Shown: positions 9,760 to 20,102, numbered from the stretch's first letter. The stretch is DNA of 64,000 bases from an uncultured delta proteobacterium (GCA_963828255.1 CAWHDZ010000040.1:32001-96000); one strand, 5' to 3'. Notes: a model not told the origin generated them from the letters alone. Program-made: numbers and translations.

Positions 9760-10899
9760 GTGGCCGACTGCCCGCTCTCCGTCGAGGCGCTCTCGCCGGC
9801 GCTGCGCAAGTACGTGGATGGCAAGGCGCCGGCCCCGCTCCGCACCATGGGGGCGAAGGGGCTCGTCCCCGCGGCCGCGCCCGGCGACCTGGTCACCATG
9901 CTCTACTTCCTCTCCTTCGACGCCGACCCCGCGGTGGCGGCGACCGCGGGCAAGTCGGCGGCCTCGCTGCCGGAGAGGGTCTGGTCCACTGCGCTCCGCT
10001 CCGAGTCGATGGAGGCGCCGGTCCTCGACTGGCTCGCCGACCGGCTCGCCACCGCCTCGGGGGCGCTGCAGGCCATCCTGCTCAACCAGTCGACCTCCGA
10101 CGAGACGGTGGCGCGCCTGGCCCCGATCGTGCCCGGGCCGCTGGTGGACATCATCCGCCAGAACGAGCTGCGCCTCCTGCGCCACGACGACATCGTGCGC
10201 GGGCTGTGCCGGAACCCCAACGCGCCCGCCTCCACCCTCGACGGCGCCTGCGACTTCTGCGTGCGCAACGGCCTCGTGCTCCTCGACGTTCCGCAGCTCG
10301 TCGAGGCGCACCGGCGCATCCACGGCACCGACCCGGTCGCCCTGGTCGCCGAGGACTCGGCGGCCACCCTCATGGCCGAGTACCGCGCCGAGCTGGCGCA
10401 CGACGAGGCCGAGGCGACCGGCTCGATCCCCCCGCCCACCCCGGAACAGGAGGAGAAGCGGCTCACCATGACCCAGCGGGTCCTCAAGATGTCGGTGTCC
10501 CAGAAGATCAAGCTGGCCACCCTGGGGAACCGGGAGGCCCGGACGCTGCTCCTGCGCGACTCCAACCGGCTGGTCAGCCTGGCCGCGGCCCAGAGTCCCC
10601 GCATGACCGACGGCGAGATCCTCGGCCTCGCCAACTCGAAGACCGCCAGCGCCGACGTGCTGCGCTACATCTACGAGGGGCGCGACTTCACCAAGATCTA
10701 CGCCCTGCGGGCCGCCCTGGTCCGCAACCCCAAGGTGCCGCTCCCCACCGCGCTCAAGTTCCTCCCCACGCTCCAGGAGAAGGACATCAAGGAACTGGCC
10801 CGCGACCGCAACGTCCCCGCCACCGTGCAGGCCCAGGCCAAGGCGTGGGTCATGAAGCGGGAGCAGGCCAGCAAGGGGTCGATGGACGGGAAGCACTGA
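9760..10899 (+). CDS. Conserved myxobacterial helical-repeat protein (positionally like the RasA/SgmO gene beside frzS in Myxococcus)
   Basis: 379-aa ORF in the operon; KIKLATLGNREAR..LLRDSN and ALVRNPKVP motifs; identity inferred from synteny only. Confidence 0.65.
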   Translation: MADCPLSVEALSPALRKYVDGKAPAPLRTMGAKGLVPAAAPGDLVTMLYFLSFDADPAVAATAGKSAASLPERVWSTALRSESMEAPVLDWLADRLATASGALQAILLNQSTSDETVARLAPIVPGPLVDIIRQNELRLLRHDDIVRGLCRNPNAPASTLDGACDFCVRNGLVLLDVPQLVEAHRRIHGTDPVALVAEDSAATLMAEYRAELAHDEAEATGSIPPPTPEQEEKRLTMTQRVLKMSVSQKIKLATLGNREARTLLLRDSNRLVSLAAAQSPRMTDGEILGLANSKTASADVLRYIYEGRDFTKIYALRAALVRNPKVPLPTALKFLPTLQEKDIKELARDRNVPATVQAQAKAWVMKREQASKGSMDGKH

Positions 10900-10927
10900 T
10901 GGGCTCCAGGCGCTGAGGGCGGAACGG

Positions 10928-12490
10928 ATGCGGATGGGGCGGGCGATCTGGCTCTCCGCCGCGACCATGGCGTCGCGGGTGCTGGGGCTCGTGCGCGACC
11001 AGCTCTTCGCGGCGCTGGTGGGCGCCAACCGCTGGTCCGACGCCTTCGTCGTCGCCTTCCGCATCCCCAATCTCCTCAGGGACCTGTTCGCCGAGGGTGC
11101 GCTCTCGTCGGCCTTCGTCCCCACCTTCGCCGACGCCCACGCGAAGCGAGGGAAGGAGGACGCGCACCGGCTCGCCAACGCGCTCGTGGGGGTCGTGCTC
11201 GTCGTGGTGGGGGGCGTGGTGCTGGCCGGGCTCGTCGCCGCCCCGGCCATCGTCCGGCTGCTCGCGCCCGGGTTCGGCCCGGAGGAGGCGGCCTTCGCCG
11301 CCTCGCTCACCCGGATCATGATGCCGTTCCTGCTCCTGGTCTCGCTCTCCGCGGTGGCCATGGGCATGCTGAACGCCCAGTCGCGCTTCACCGCGCCGGC
11401 GCTGGCGCCGGCCCTCTTCAACGTGGGGGCCATCGCGGTGGGGATCTGGCTCTGGGCGACCGGGCAGGGTCCGCGCGCCGCGGCGGTGGGGTGGTCGGTG
11501 GGAACGCTGGTGGGCGGGGCGATGCAGCTCGCGGTCCAGGGGCCCAGCCTGCGCGCGCTGGGCTTCCGCCTCCGGCCCCTCTTCGGAAGGGCGGCGCTCG
11601 CCGACCCGGGCATCCGCCGCATCGGGCGGCTCATGGGCGCCGCCGTGATCGGGCTCTCGGCCACCCAGGTGAACATCCTCGTCAACACCATCTTCGCCTC
11701 GCACGAGGTGGGCGCGAACACCTGGCTTCAGATGGCCTTCCGGCTCATGCAGCTCCCGCTCGGGGTCTTCGGCGTGGCCATCGCCACCGTGGCCGGGGCC
11801 GGCGTGGCGCAGCGGGTCGCCGCCGGGGACATGGACGGGGTGCGGGAGACGCTCGGCTCGGCCATGCGGCTGGTGGCCTTCCTGAACGTGCCCGCCGCGG
11901 TGGGACTGATCACGCTGGCCCACCCCATCATCTCGCTGGTCTACGAGCACGGCCGGTTCGGCTCCGCCGACGCCTCGGCCACCGCCGACGCGCTGGTCTT
12001 CTACGCCGTCGGGCTCTACGGCTACTCGGCGGTCAAGGTCCTCGCGCCGGCCTTCTACGCCGTCGACGACGCCCGCATCCCGGTCGTCGGGAGCGTGGTG
12101 GGCATGACCTCCAACGTGGCGCTGGTGCTGCTGCTCCACCCGGTGCTCGGGTTCAAGGGCATCGCGCTCGGCACGGCGCTGGCCGCGACGGCCAACTTCG
12201 CGGTGCTGGCGGTGGCCTGGAAGTGGCGCCACGGGGGGCTGGGGAACGCCGGCATCTACCGGCAGCTCGGCCGGACGGTGCTCGCCTCGGCGGTGATGGT
12301 CGGGGTGGTGCTGGGAGTGAAGGCGGCCATCGGGCCGGTCCTCCCCGCGGCCGGGCTGGCCCGGCAGGCGCCGCTCGCGCTCCTGCCCATCGCGGCCGGC
12401 GCGATCGCCTACTTCGCGGCGGCCCGGGTGCTCGGGGTGAAGGAGCTCTCCGAGGTGGCCTCGGCCCTACGACGACGCCGGCGGACCTGA
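10928..12490 (+). CDS. murJ: Lipid II flippase MurJ/MviN
   Basis: SRVLGLVRD, AFRIPNLLRDLFAEGALSSAFVP, RLMQLPLG; many TM helices. Confidence 0.95.
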   Translation: MRMGRAIWLSAATMASRVLGLVRDQLFAALVGANRWSDAFVVAFRIPNLLRDLFAEGALSSAFVPTFADAHAKRGKEDAHRLANALVGVVLVVVGGVVLAGLVAAPAIVRLLAPGFGPEEAAFAASLTRIMMPFLLLVSLSAVAMGMLNAQSRFTAPALAPALFNVGAIAVGIWLWATGQGPRAAAVGWSVGTLVGGAMQLAVQGPSLRALGFRLRPLFGRAALADPGIRRIGRLMGAAVIGLSATQVNILVNTIFASHEVGANTWLQMAFRLMQLPLGVFGVAIATVAGAGVAQRVAAGDMDGVRETLGSAMRLVAFLNVPAAVGLITLAHPIISLVYEHGRFGSADASATADALVFYAVGLYGYSAVKVLAPAFYAVDDARIPVVGSVVGMTSNVALVLLLHPVLGFKGIALGTALAATANFAVLAVAWKWRHGGLGNAGIYRQLGRTVLASAVMVGVVLGVKAAIGPVLPAAGLARQAPLALLPIAAGAIAYFAAARVLGVKELSEVASALRRRRRT

Positions 12491-14344
12491 CCCGCCGGAC
12501 CCACCGTCGCCCCCGGAGCGGTCCTCGAGGATCTGCAGCACCATGGCGAGGGCCTTGCGGGTCTTCTCGCGGATCTTCTCGTCGCTCTTGATCTTCTGGT
12601 AGGCGCGCAGGACGCGATCCTCGGCCTGGGCGGACTGCCCCTCGAGCTCCTGGATCCGCAGGGAAAGTCCGGTGGCTCGACCCTCGGCCTCGGCGCGGAA
12701 GGCCTCGCCGGACGCGCGTTGGCCCTCCACCTCGCTGCGGAGCGCGAGGGCCTCGGCGGCGCGCGCCCCGGTGTCGGCGCGGGCCGACTGGAGCTCGAAG
12801 CGGAGACCGTCGGCGTCGGCGCGGGCCGACTGGAGCTCGAAGCGGAGACCGTCGGCGTCGGCCTGGGCCGACTGGAGCTGGGAACGGAGACCGTCGGCGT
12901 CGGCGCGGGCCGACTGGAGCTCGAAGCGGAGCCCCTCGGCGTCGTTGCGGGCCGACTGGAGCTCGGAACGGAGGCCGTCGGCCTCGGCGCGACGGGCGTC
13001 CGACTCGACGCGCCTGGTCTCGACCTCGTTCCGCAGACCGTCGACGGTCGCCTCCAGGGTGGCGACCTCGTTGCGAAGTCCGGCGGCCTCGCCCCGGACG
13101 CCGTCCGCGGAGGAGCGCAGGGATTCGATCTCGGCGCGCAGCCCCTGGGCCTCGGTCCGGGCGACCTCGATCTCCCGTTCCAGCTCCTCGGTCTGCCGCT
13201 CCGCGTTCACCAGCTCGGAGCCACGCTCCTTGGCCGAGAGTTCGGCCGCGGAGAGCCTCGACCCGATGGCGGCGAGCTCGCCCTCCTTCTCGGCCGTCCG
13301 CTGCTCCGAGAGGGAGAGCTGGTCCTGGGTTCGGGTCAGCTGCCCCTCGGTCCTCGCCAGCTGCTGGGCGGCGGCCTCGAGCTTGCCCTGCAGCGCGCCC
13401 AGCTCGGCGTCCCGGACGGCGAGGAGATGCTGGGCCTCGTTGGCCTCCGCGCGGAGGGAGTCGGTCAGCTGCCGCGCCTCCAGGAGCGCCGCGGTGGCCT
13501 CCTCGTCGGCGCCCGGAAGCACCTCCACCTCCTCCAGGAAGATCGGCGTCTCCTCGATCGCCACCGACTCCACCAGGGGTGCGACCCGCCTCGGCGGAGG
13601 GGGAGGAGGGGAGGGAGCGACGTTCCGGAACGGGTCCGGAGCGGAGTGGGGGACGATCGGCGAGACCTTCGACGCCTCGGCGGCCTCCTCGGCCAGGGAG
13701 GCAAGCGCGGCGGCCATGTCGCGGTCGAACTCGGAGAGGGAGGGCGACTCGTCGGCCTCGGGCATCAGGGTGAGGGGCGGCTCGGAAGCCGGGGAGCCGG
13801 GGGCGTGGGCGCTGGGCTCGTCTCCGCCCCGGCTGATGCTGTCGAACGCGTCGTCGAGCGCCTTGAGGTCGACGTCCTCCTCCGCGGCGCCAGGCCCGGT
13901 CCCGGCGTGGGCGCCCTCGAGCTCCACGTCGTCCAGGGTGATGAGCTCCTCGTCCTCCGGCGACGCATCGGGGAGGCCGACCAGCGCGCCCACCCGCTCG
14001 ACCAGGGTCTCGGGCTGGAAGGGCTTGAGGAGATAGTCCTCGGCGCGCGTCTTCAGCTTCCGGTGCTGGTCGAAGGTCTCGGGCGTCGCCTCGGAGCTGG
14101 TGATGACGAGCGGGATCGACTTGAGGGTCCCGTCCTTCTTGAGCCGGTTGCACCAGGAGTAGCCGGAGAGGCCGGGCAGCTCCACGCAGAGCACCACGCA
14201 GTCGGGGTGCAGGGCCCTCGCGAGCTCGAACCCCTCCTTGCCGTCCGGACTGGTGCGGACGCCGTAGCCCCGCGACTCGAGGGCCGAGGACATCGCGCGC
14301 GCAAAGGTGGAGTCGCTCTCGATGAGGAGGACGTTCTTCTGCAT
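12467..14344 (-). CDS. frzS: FrzS-like pseudo-receiver / coiled-coil polar motility protein
   Basis: Atypical receiver (LLIESD...LKKDGTLKSIP...QHRKLKTRAEDY..KP) resembling M. xanthus FrzS, acidic linker, long coiled coil, C-terminal YQKIKSDEKIREKTRKAL; downstream of the ECF/anti-sigma pair. Confidence 0.8.
   Translation of the reverse strand: MQKNVLLIESDSTFARAMSSALESRGYGVRTSPDGKEGFELARALHPDCVVLCVELPGLSGYSWCNRLKKDGTLKSIPLVITSSEATPETFDQHRKLKTRAEDYLLKPFQPETLVERVGALVGLPDASPEDEELITLDDVELEGAHAGTGPGAAEEDVDLKALDDAFDSISRGGDEPSAHAPGSPASEPPLTLMPEADESPSLSEFDRDMAAALASLAEEAAEASKVSPIVPHSAPDPFRNVAPSPPPPPPRRVAPLVESVAIEETPIFLEEVEVLPGADEEATAALLEARQLTDSLRAEANEAQHLLAVRDAELGALQGKLEAAAQQLARTEGQLTRTQDQLSLSEQRTAEKEGELAAIGSRLSAAELSAKERGSELVNAERQTEELEREIEVARTEAQGLRAEIESLRSSADGVRGEAAGLRNEVATLEATVDGLRNEVETRRVESDARRAEADGLRSELQSARNDAEGLRFELQSARADADGLRSQLQSAQADADGLRFELQSARADADGLRFELQSARADTGARAAEALALRSEVEGQRASGEAFRAEAEGRATGLSLRIQELEGQSAQAEDRVLRAYQKIKSDEKIREKTRKALAMVLQILEDRSGGDGGSGGSGPPASS
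12773..12982 (-). repeat. Five 42-bp tandem repeats (14-aa unit ADGLRFELQSARAD) in the frzS coiled coil
   Basis: GTCGGCGCGGGCCGACTGGAGCTCGAAGCGGAGACCGTCGGC-like units at 12773, 12815, 12857, 12899, 12941. Confidence 0.92.
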
Positions 14345-14350
14345 GCCGGG

Positions 14351-14380
14351 ATCCTATGGCCGCCCCGAACGCGATGTCAA
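14351..14380 (-). promoter_or_regulatory. Putative promoter for a leaderless frzS transcript
   Basis: Minus strand TTGACA-18 nt-TAGGAT-6 nt-ATG. Confidence 0.55.
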
Positions 14381-14399
14381 AAGCCTTCGGGGACGGGCG

Positions 14400-15234
14400 C
14401 TATCGCTCGACGGATTGCGCCGTCTCGACCAGCCGGACCAGATCGGCCTCGTCGAGGTCGGAGACCAGCGAGTAGACGATTCTCGTTCCGGCGCCACACG
14501 GCCACGTTGTAGCCGCGCATGTTCATCACCCAGATCGTCTCGGCTCCGGCCTTGACCGCGCGCCCCTCGTCGGCCACGCGCCGCTTCGGGTCGTCGATGA
14601 TGAAGAGGCCGAGCCGGCCGCCGCGCGGCGTCTCGTAGCGCATGTAGGCGGCGGGCCAGTCCCGCAGCTGGGCCAGGCGCGCCCCGACCAGCTTGACCCC
14701 CTCGCCCCGGAAGGCCGGCGGCTTGGGGTTGAAGTCGAGCTTGCTCGCCAGGATGCCGGGGATGACCTCCGGCGCGATGGATGCCGTGCTGAGCTCGAGG
14801 GGCAGGTCGCGGGCGTGCTTGCGCACCGCCTCCTCCACCATCGGGTCGGTGGCCCGGTGCCCGGCGAAGACCACCAGCGCACCGGCCACGCAGGCGGCCA
14901 TGGCCGCCACGGGGAGGGGGGAGAGGATGCGGCGCCACCAGGCGGCGGGGCGCTCGACCTCGGCGTCGAGGGCGGCGGAGATGCGGCGGCGCAGGGCGTC
15001 GGGCGCGGTGGCGTGCGGAACCCCGGGGGCGAAGGCCTCGCGAAGCCGCGCGCGCAGCGCCGAGCGGAAGGCCATGGCCGAGGCGGCCACGTCCCGGCAG
15101 CCGGTGCAGGCCGAGAGGTGCGTCTCGAGGGAGGCGCGGTCGTCGTCGCCGAACTCGCCGTCGAGGTAGGGCTCGAGGAGCCGCTCCACGTCGCCGCATT
15201 CGAAGGTCGTCCTGGAAGTCGCGCCCTGCGTCAT
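14400..15234 (-). CDS. Zinc-binding (zf-HC2) transmembrane anti-sigma factor; apparent +1 frameshift at ~14480
   Basis: C...YLDGE...HLSACTGC ZAS motif and one TM helix; removing one A in GAGAATC restores ...WRRNEIVYSLVSDLDEADLVRLVE...TAG at 14400. Confidence 0.85.
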
Positions 15235-15250
15235 GTCCTCGAGTCCGGTG

Positions 15251-15898
15251 CTACGAGATTCCGCGCTTCCGCTTCCAGGCGTCGAGGTCGACGCTCCGGT
15301 CGCGGATGGTCCCATCGTCTCCGCCCGCGTGCAACACTCCCGACGAGGCGGCGTATTCCGAGAGTTGCTTCTGGAGGAGGCGCCGACCCCGGAACAGGCG
15401 GCTCATCACCGTTCCCACCGGGACGTCGAGGATGTCGGCGATCTCCTTGTACGAGAAGTCCTGGAGGTCGGCCAGGATCACCGCCAGCCGGAAATCGACC
15501 GGGATGGAGTCGATGGCGCGAAGGACGTCGTCGGAGAGCAGGCGGTCGAAGAAGGCGCGCTCGGGGTCCTCGGCGACGTCGGCGGCGTCGCGCGAGACCA
15601 GCCGGTCCTGCACCGAGTCGCGCTCGTCCTCGACGATGTTGCGCTCCTTGGTGGTCCGGCGGTACCGGTTGATGAAGGTATTGGTGAGGATCTTGTAGAG
15701 CCAGGCCTTGATGTTGGTGCCGCGCTCGAACTTGTCGAAGAAGCGGAAGGCCCGGAGGACGGCGTCCTGGACCAGGTCCTCGGCGTCGCGCGGGTTCCGG
15801 GTGAGCCGGAGCGCAGCGGCGTAAAGGCCGTCGAGGTGTGGCAGCGCCAGCGTCTCGAACTCGCGGCGGGTGCTCTCGATGGCTCTGGCTGGCGGCAC
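15251..15898 (-). CDS. ECF sigma factor (RpoE1/SigH-SigR-like)
   Basis: [63 protein letters not shown] start after GGGAGG. Confidence 0.93.
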   Translation of the reverse strand: MPPARAIESTRREFETLALPHLDGLYAAALRLTRNPRDAEDLVQDAVLRAFRFFDKFERGTNIKAWLYKILTNTFINRYRRTTKERNIVEDERDSVQDRLVSRDAADVAEDPERAFFDRLLSDDVLRAIDSIPVDFRLAVILADLQDFSYKEIADILDVPVGTVMSRLFRGRRLLQKQLSEYAASSGVLHAGGDDGTIRDRSVDLDAWKRKRGIS

Positions 15899-15919
15899 GA
15901 TCTTCCCCCTCCCGTGACG

Positions 15920-15945
15920 AACGGGTGAATGTTGTCGCTTGTTCC
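15920..15945 (-). promoter_or_regulatory. Putative autoregulatory ECF promoter
   Basis: Minus strand GGAAC-17 nt-CGTT, matching the common ECF -35/-10 pattern, just upstream of the ECF SD. Confidence 0.55.
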
Positions 15946-16063
15946 CGGCCGAACGCCCCATATGGGTATAAATCGGGCGGCCCCCCGAACCCAACGGCAC
16001 CCATTGATAAGGCGCCTCCGGGCGCTGGCAAGCCGTCGGTGCTATGAAGCGCCCAACCCCGCC

Positions 16064-17362
16064 ATGTTCCGACTGTTGTTCGCCGATGACAAAGGGGTCG
16101 TCTACGACCACCCCGACCTCCTCGCCGCCGCCCGGACGGGGGGCGACGTCGTCCGCCCGTCCGGCCGACCGTTGCCCCTCCCAGAGGGGGGGGCGCTCTG
16201 CGTCCTGCCCGGAAGGCGACCGGTCGGTCTCGATCCGGAGACCGGGGAGCAGGTCGTCCTCCGGAAGGTGACGGTGGCACGCCGCACCTTCGCTCCGGTG
16301 GCGGTGGGGGCGACGCTTCCGCCGGGATACACCCGGACCCTGCTGCCAGCCGCCGCCCGGCCGCCGCTCGGGACGGCCGGGGCGCCGATCCTGCCGCAGT
16401 GGGCCTACACCGCCGCCGCCCTGGGGCCCGACGGGCCGGTGGCCTGGGCGCTCCACACCGACCGCCGGCGCCACTGGGATCCGGCCACCCATTCCACCCC
16501 GGACCTGCCGACCCTGGTCGAGGAACGGCTCTCCCGCGCCGACAACCCGGTCTACCGGCAACTGGCCCGCTGCGCGCTCCAGTGGTCCTGCTTCACCGCG
16601 CAGAACACCTTCTACGGGAGGGACGAGGGGGCCATCCCGGCCTCCTCGGCCTGCAATGCCCGCTGCGTCGGCTGCCTCTCCGAGACCGCGGAGGGGATGC
16701 CCCCCTCCAGCCACGACCGGATCCTCCGCGCTCCCTCCGCCGAGGAGATGGCCGAGGTCGGCGCCACGCACCTCGAGACCGCCACGGGCCGGACCATGGT
16801 GAGCTTCGGCCAGGGGTGCGAGGGGGAGCCGCTGCTCCGCTGGAAGGAGATCGCCCGGGCCATCCGGCTGGTCCGGGAGCGGACCGCGCGCGGCTCCATC
16901 AACGTGAACACCAACGGTTCCTTGCCCGCCGCGGTGGCGGCCCTCGCCGACGCGGGGCTCGACGCCGTCCGGGTCTCGATCAACACCGCGTCGCCGGATC
17001 TCTACGAGGCCTACTACCGCCCGTCGGGCTACGGGCTCGCCGACGTGGAGCGGTCGATGAAGGTGGCGAAGGGGAAAGGGCTCTACCTGGCCCTGAACCT
17101 GCTCCTCTTCCCGGGAGTCACCGACCGTGAGGCGGAGGTGGAGCGCCTCTGCGCCCTGGTGCGCCGGGTGAGGGCCGACCAGGTCCAGGCACGGTCGCTC
17201 GCCATGGACCCCGACGTCTACTGGGAGATCGCCCGGGAGCGCGGGGGGGGCGGCGCGGCGCTTGGGATCCCGGCTCTTCTACGGGCGCTCCGCGAGGCGC
17301 GCCCGGGGCTCGTCATCGGCAATTTCGCCCGGGGACGCTCGGAGCGGGGGAGGGCGGCGTGA
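16064..17362 (+). CDS. Radical SAM protein of unknown function
   Basis: CNARCVGC (CxxxCxxC), [15 protein letters not shown] motifs; long N-terminal extension. Confidence 0.88.
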   Translation: MFRLLFADDKGVVYDHPDLLAAARTGGDVVRPSGRPLPLPEGGALCVLPGRRPVGLDPETGEQVVLRKVTVARRTFAPVAVGATLPPGYTRTLLPAAARPPLGTAGAPILPQWAYTAAALGPDGPVAWALHTDRRRHWDPATHSTPDLPTLVEERLSRADNPVYRQLARCALQWSCFTAQNTFYGRDEGAIPASSACNARCVGCLSETAEGMPPSSHDRILRAPSAEEMAEVGATHLETATGRTMVSFGQGCEGEPLLRWKEIARAIRLVRERTARGSINVNTNGSLPAAVAALADAGLDAVRVSINTASPDLYEAYYRPSGYGLADVERSMKVAKGKGLYLALNLLLFPGVTDREAEVERLCALVRRVRADQVQARSLAMDPDVYWEIARERGGGGAALGIPALLRALREARPGLVIGNFARGRSERGRAA

Positions 17363-18561
17363 GCGAGGTCGAGGCGACGCTGGAGCTGCAGAAGGACCTG
17401 GTGCGCCACCTGCGCGCCGGCCACCCCTGGGTCTTCCGCAAGGCCATCGAGCGGGCGCCCCGGGGGCTCGATGCCGGAGCCATCGTCGACGTGGTGGAGG
17501 GCGGGCGGTTCGTGGCCCGCGGCTACCTCGACCCGCACTCGGCCATCACCGTGCGCATCCTCACCCGCGAGCCGGCCGAGCAGGTGGACCCTGCGTTCTG
17601 GCGCGGGCGCATCCGCCGCGCGCTGGCGCTGCGCAGCGAGCTGGTTCGCGGCACCACCGGCTACCGGCTGGTCCACGGCGAGAACGACGGCCTCCCCGGC
17701 GTGGTGGCCGACCGCTACGGCGACTTCGTGGTGCTGAAGCTCTACTCGGCCGGTCTCACCCCGCACCGCGGGGACATCGTGGAGGCCCTCCGCCAGGAGG
17801 TGCAGGGGATCGCGGGCGTCTTCGGGCGCGACGAGGTGCCCCGGGACGAGGATTCGGACGACGCGAAGCCGCAGGGGCGGGTCCTCTGGGGCGCCACGCC
17901 CCCTGACCGGATCGAGATCGACGAGCACGGGATGAAGCTCCTCGTGGACGTCCGGCTCGGGCAGAAGACCGGCCTCTTCCTCGATCAGCGGGAGAACCGG
18001 AGGCTCGTGCGGGAGATGTCGGCGGGGCGCGGCGACGCGCTCAACCTCTTCGGCTACACCGGCGGCTTCTCGGTGGCCGCGGCGCTCGGGGGAGCCAGGC
18101 ACGTGGTCACCATCGACGTGGACAAGGACGCCATCTCGCTCGCCCGGGAGAACTTCCGCGTGAACGGCCTCGACCCGGCCGACCACGCCTTCGCCTCGGA
18201 GGACGCCTTCGAGATCCTGCGCCGCTACAAGGACCAGGGGCGGAGGTTCGACCTCGTGGTGTGCGACCCGCCGGCCTTCGCCAAGTCGCAGAAGGCGGTC
18301 GAGGGGGCCATCGCGGGCTACGCCTCGCTGAACCGCGCAGCCCTGCACGTGCTGGCGCCCGGGGGGCTGCTCGTCACCGCGAGTTGCAGCGCGCGGGTCT
18401 CGCCCGAGCAGTTCCACGATGCCGTGAAGGAGGCCGCCTTCAAGTCGCGGATCGATCTCCAGATGGTCGAGGACCGGCGCCAGCCTCCCGATCACCCGGT
18501 GGCGCCCCAGTTCCGCGAGGGGCGCTACCTCAAGTGCTCCTTCTACCGGCGCCCCTCCTAG
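17359..18561 (+). CDS. RlmI/RlmK-like PUA-domain SAM-dependent rRNA methyltransferase
   Basis: GHPWVF, RLVHGENDGLPG, GQKTGLFLDQRENR, LNLFGYTGGF, DPPAF, TASCS. Confidence 0.9.
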   Translation: MSEVEATLELQKDLVRHLRAGHPWVFRKAIERAPRGLDAGAIVDVVEGGRFVARGYLDPHSAITVRILTREPAEQVDPAFWRGRIRRALALRSELVRGTTGYRLVHGENDGLPGVVADRYGDFVVLKLYSAGLTPHRGDIVEALRQEVQGIAGVFGRDEVPRDEDSDDAKPQGRVLWGATPPDRIEIDEHGMKLLVDVRLGQKTGLFLDQRENRRLVREMSAGRGDALNLFGYTGGFSVAAALGGARHVVTIDVDKDAISLARENFRVNGLDPADHAFASEDAFEILRRYKDQGRRFDLVVCDPPAFAKSQKAVEGAIAGYASLNRAALHVLAPGGLLVTASCSARVSPEQFHDAVKEAAFKSRIDLQMVEDRRQPPDHPVAPQFREGRYLKCSFYRRPS

Positions 18562-18573
18562 CGCTCCCGCAGA

Positions 18574-19101
18574 ATGGTCCAGCCCGGACAGTACCTGGAG
18601 CGCCCCGCCCTGATCGACGCGGGCGGCGTCACGCTCGAGGGGCTCTTCCACCGGGGTGACCGACCGCCGGCGCTCCTGCTCTGCCCGCCGCTCGACGCCG
18701 AGGGGATGGACGCCCCGCTGCTCGCCGAGGTGGCCTGGGCGGGCGCCCGATCGGGGCACGCGTCGCTGCGCTTCCAGCACCGCGGGCGCGGAGCGTCGCA
18801 GGGCGCCGTCGATCCTGCCGTCGCCGTGGACGACGCGCTTTCCGCCCTGGCCCACCTCCGCGAGACGGCGGGGCCTCTCGCCGGCGTGCTGGGGCTGCGC
18901 GGGGGGTGCGCGACGGCGATGGAGGTGGCGCGCCGCGCCGGGCTTCGACGCGCGGTCCTGGTCGGGCCGGACGGTGGCGCACCGGCGGCCGGAAGCGTGG
19001 AGACCCTCGTGATCCTCCCCGGTGAGAGGGATCCCTCCTTCCAGGAGGGGCTCTCCCGCGCGGCCCGGGACGCGGTGGCCTGGCTCTCCCGCCGGGGGTG
19101 A
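18574..19101 (+). CDS. Short alpha/beta-hydrolase-fold protein (degenerate active site)
   Basis: LEGLFHRG...LLLCPP...LRFQHRGRGASQG; the nucleophile elbow reads GLRGG (no Ser). Confidence 0.65.
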   Translation: MVQPGQYLERPALIDAGGVTLEGLFHRGDRPPALLLCPPLDAEGMDAPLLAEVAWAGARSGHASLRFQHRGRGASQGAVDPAVAVDDALSALAHLRETAGPLAGVLGLRGGCATAMEVARRAGLRRAVLVGPDGGAPAAGSVETLVILPGERDPSFQEGLSRAARDAVAWLSRRG

Positions 19102-19119
19102 CACCCCCGCGACAGCCGG

Positions 19120-20072
19120 TCAGCGGCGGAAGCCGTGGAGGAGGCCGAGCGCGGAGAAGAGCAGGAGCCCGAGCGCGGCCAGCGCCCTCCACCCGGGCGA
19201 AACGAGCGGGAGCCGGAAGCGGATCGACGGGTCGCGGGGATCGGTCCGGACCAGGTCCGCCGAGGCCTCGGGCGGCGCCGGGGTGGCGCGGATCCAGGCC
19301 GTCGCCAGGGGCGAGAGCACCGCGATCCCGATCGCCATCGCGGCCAGCCCCGCCGCCACCGAGCCCCCCGCCTCCGGGTCGCCGCCGGCCAGCGAGGCCA
19401 CCAGCGAGCCCAGCCCGTTGTTCACCGCGTGTGCGGCCACGGCCGGCCAGATCGACCCGGACCTCCAGGCCAGCCATCCCAGGAACACCCCCAGGAAGAG
19501 GACGGCGGGGAAGCGCACCGGGTCGAGGTGGATGGCGGCGAAGAGCAACGCCGACGCCGCGATCGCCACGCCGGGCGGGAAGCGGGTCCGCAGCGCCGAG
19601 AGCAGGTAGCCTCGGAAGGCGATCTCCTCGGCGAGGGGGGCGAGCACCGCGGCCACGAGCGCCATGCCCAGCTGGTGGCGCCGCGAGCCCTCGAAGAGCC
19701 GGGTCACGTCGAAGGTGTCCACCCAGGCGCGCGGGACGAGCGCCGAGGTGACCGACATGATCCCCGCGGCCACGAAGAAGAGCGCCAGTCCGCAGGCGGC
19801 GCCGAGGAGCACCTGCCGCCGGGGCGGACGCCGCGTGAGCAGGAGGAACGGGCCGGGCCGGAGGTTGGAGCCCGCCGCCAGGAGCGCCGGGGGGAGGAGG
19901 AAGACGAAGATCTCCGTCCAGAGCAGGCCGAGGAGGGGGTGGAAGGACTGGGCCGTCCCCCCAAGCCCCATGTAGAGCAGCAGGAGGAGCAGGAAGAACG
20001 AAAGCCCGCTCTTCCCCCCGGAGAGAGGGGTGGCGCCTCGGGGGGCGCGAGTTCGTTGTGGCCGATGTCCAC
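19120..20072 (-). CDS. CPBP/CAAX family intramembrane metalloprotease; probable frameshift in the G6 run at 20014-20019
   Basis: EEIAFRG, FAAIH, HAVNN motifs; an in-frame hydrophobic helix (GLSFFLLLLLLY) precedes M19971 with no start codon, and plausible starts (20072/20084) are in another frame. Confidence 0.82.
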
Positions 20073-20102
20073 GTTCCGGAACATGATAGTGAACGAATCG
20101 AG

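Noticed and set aside
12773..12982. Regularly spaced repeats resembling a CRISPR array
   Set aside because: Contiguous in-frame 42-bp units without unique spacers, inside a coding coiled coil; no cas genes in the window.
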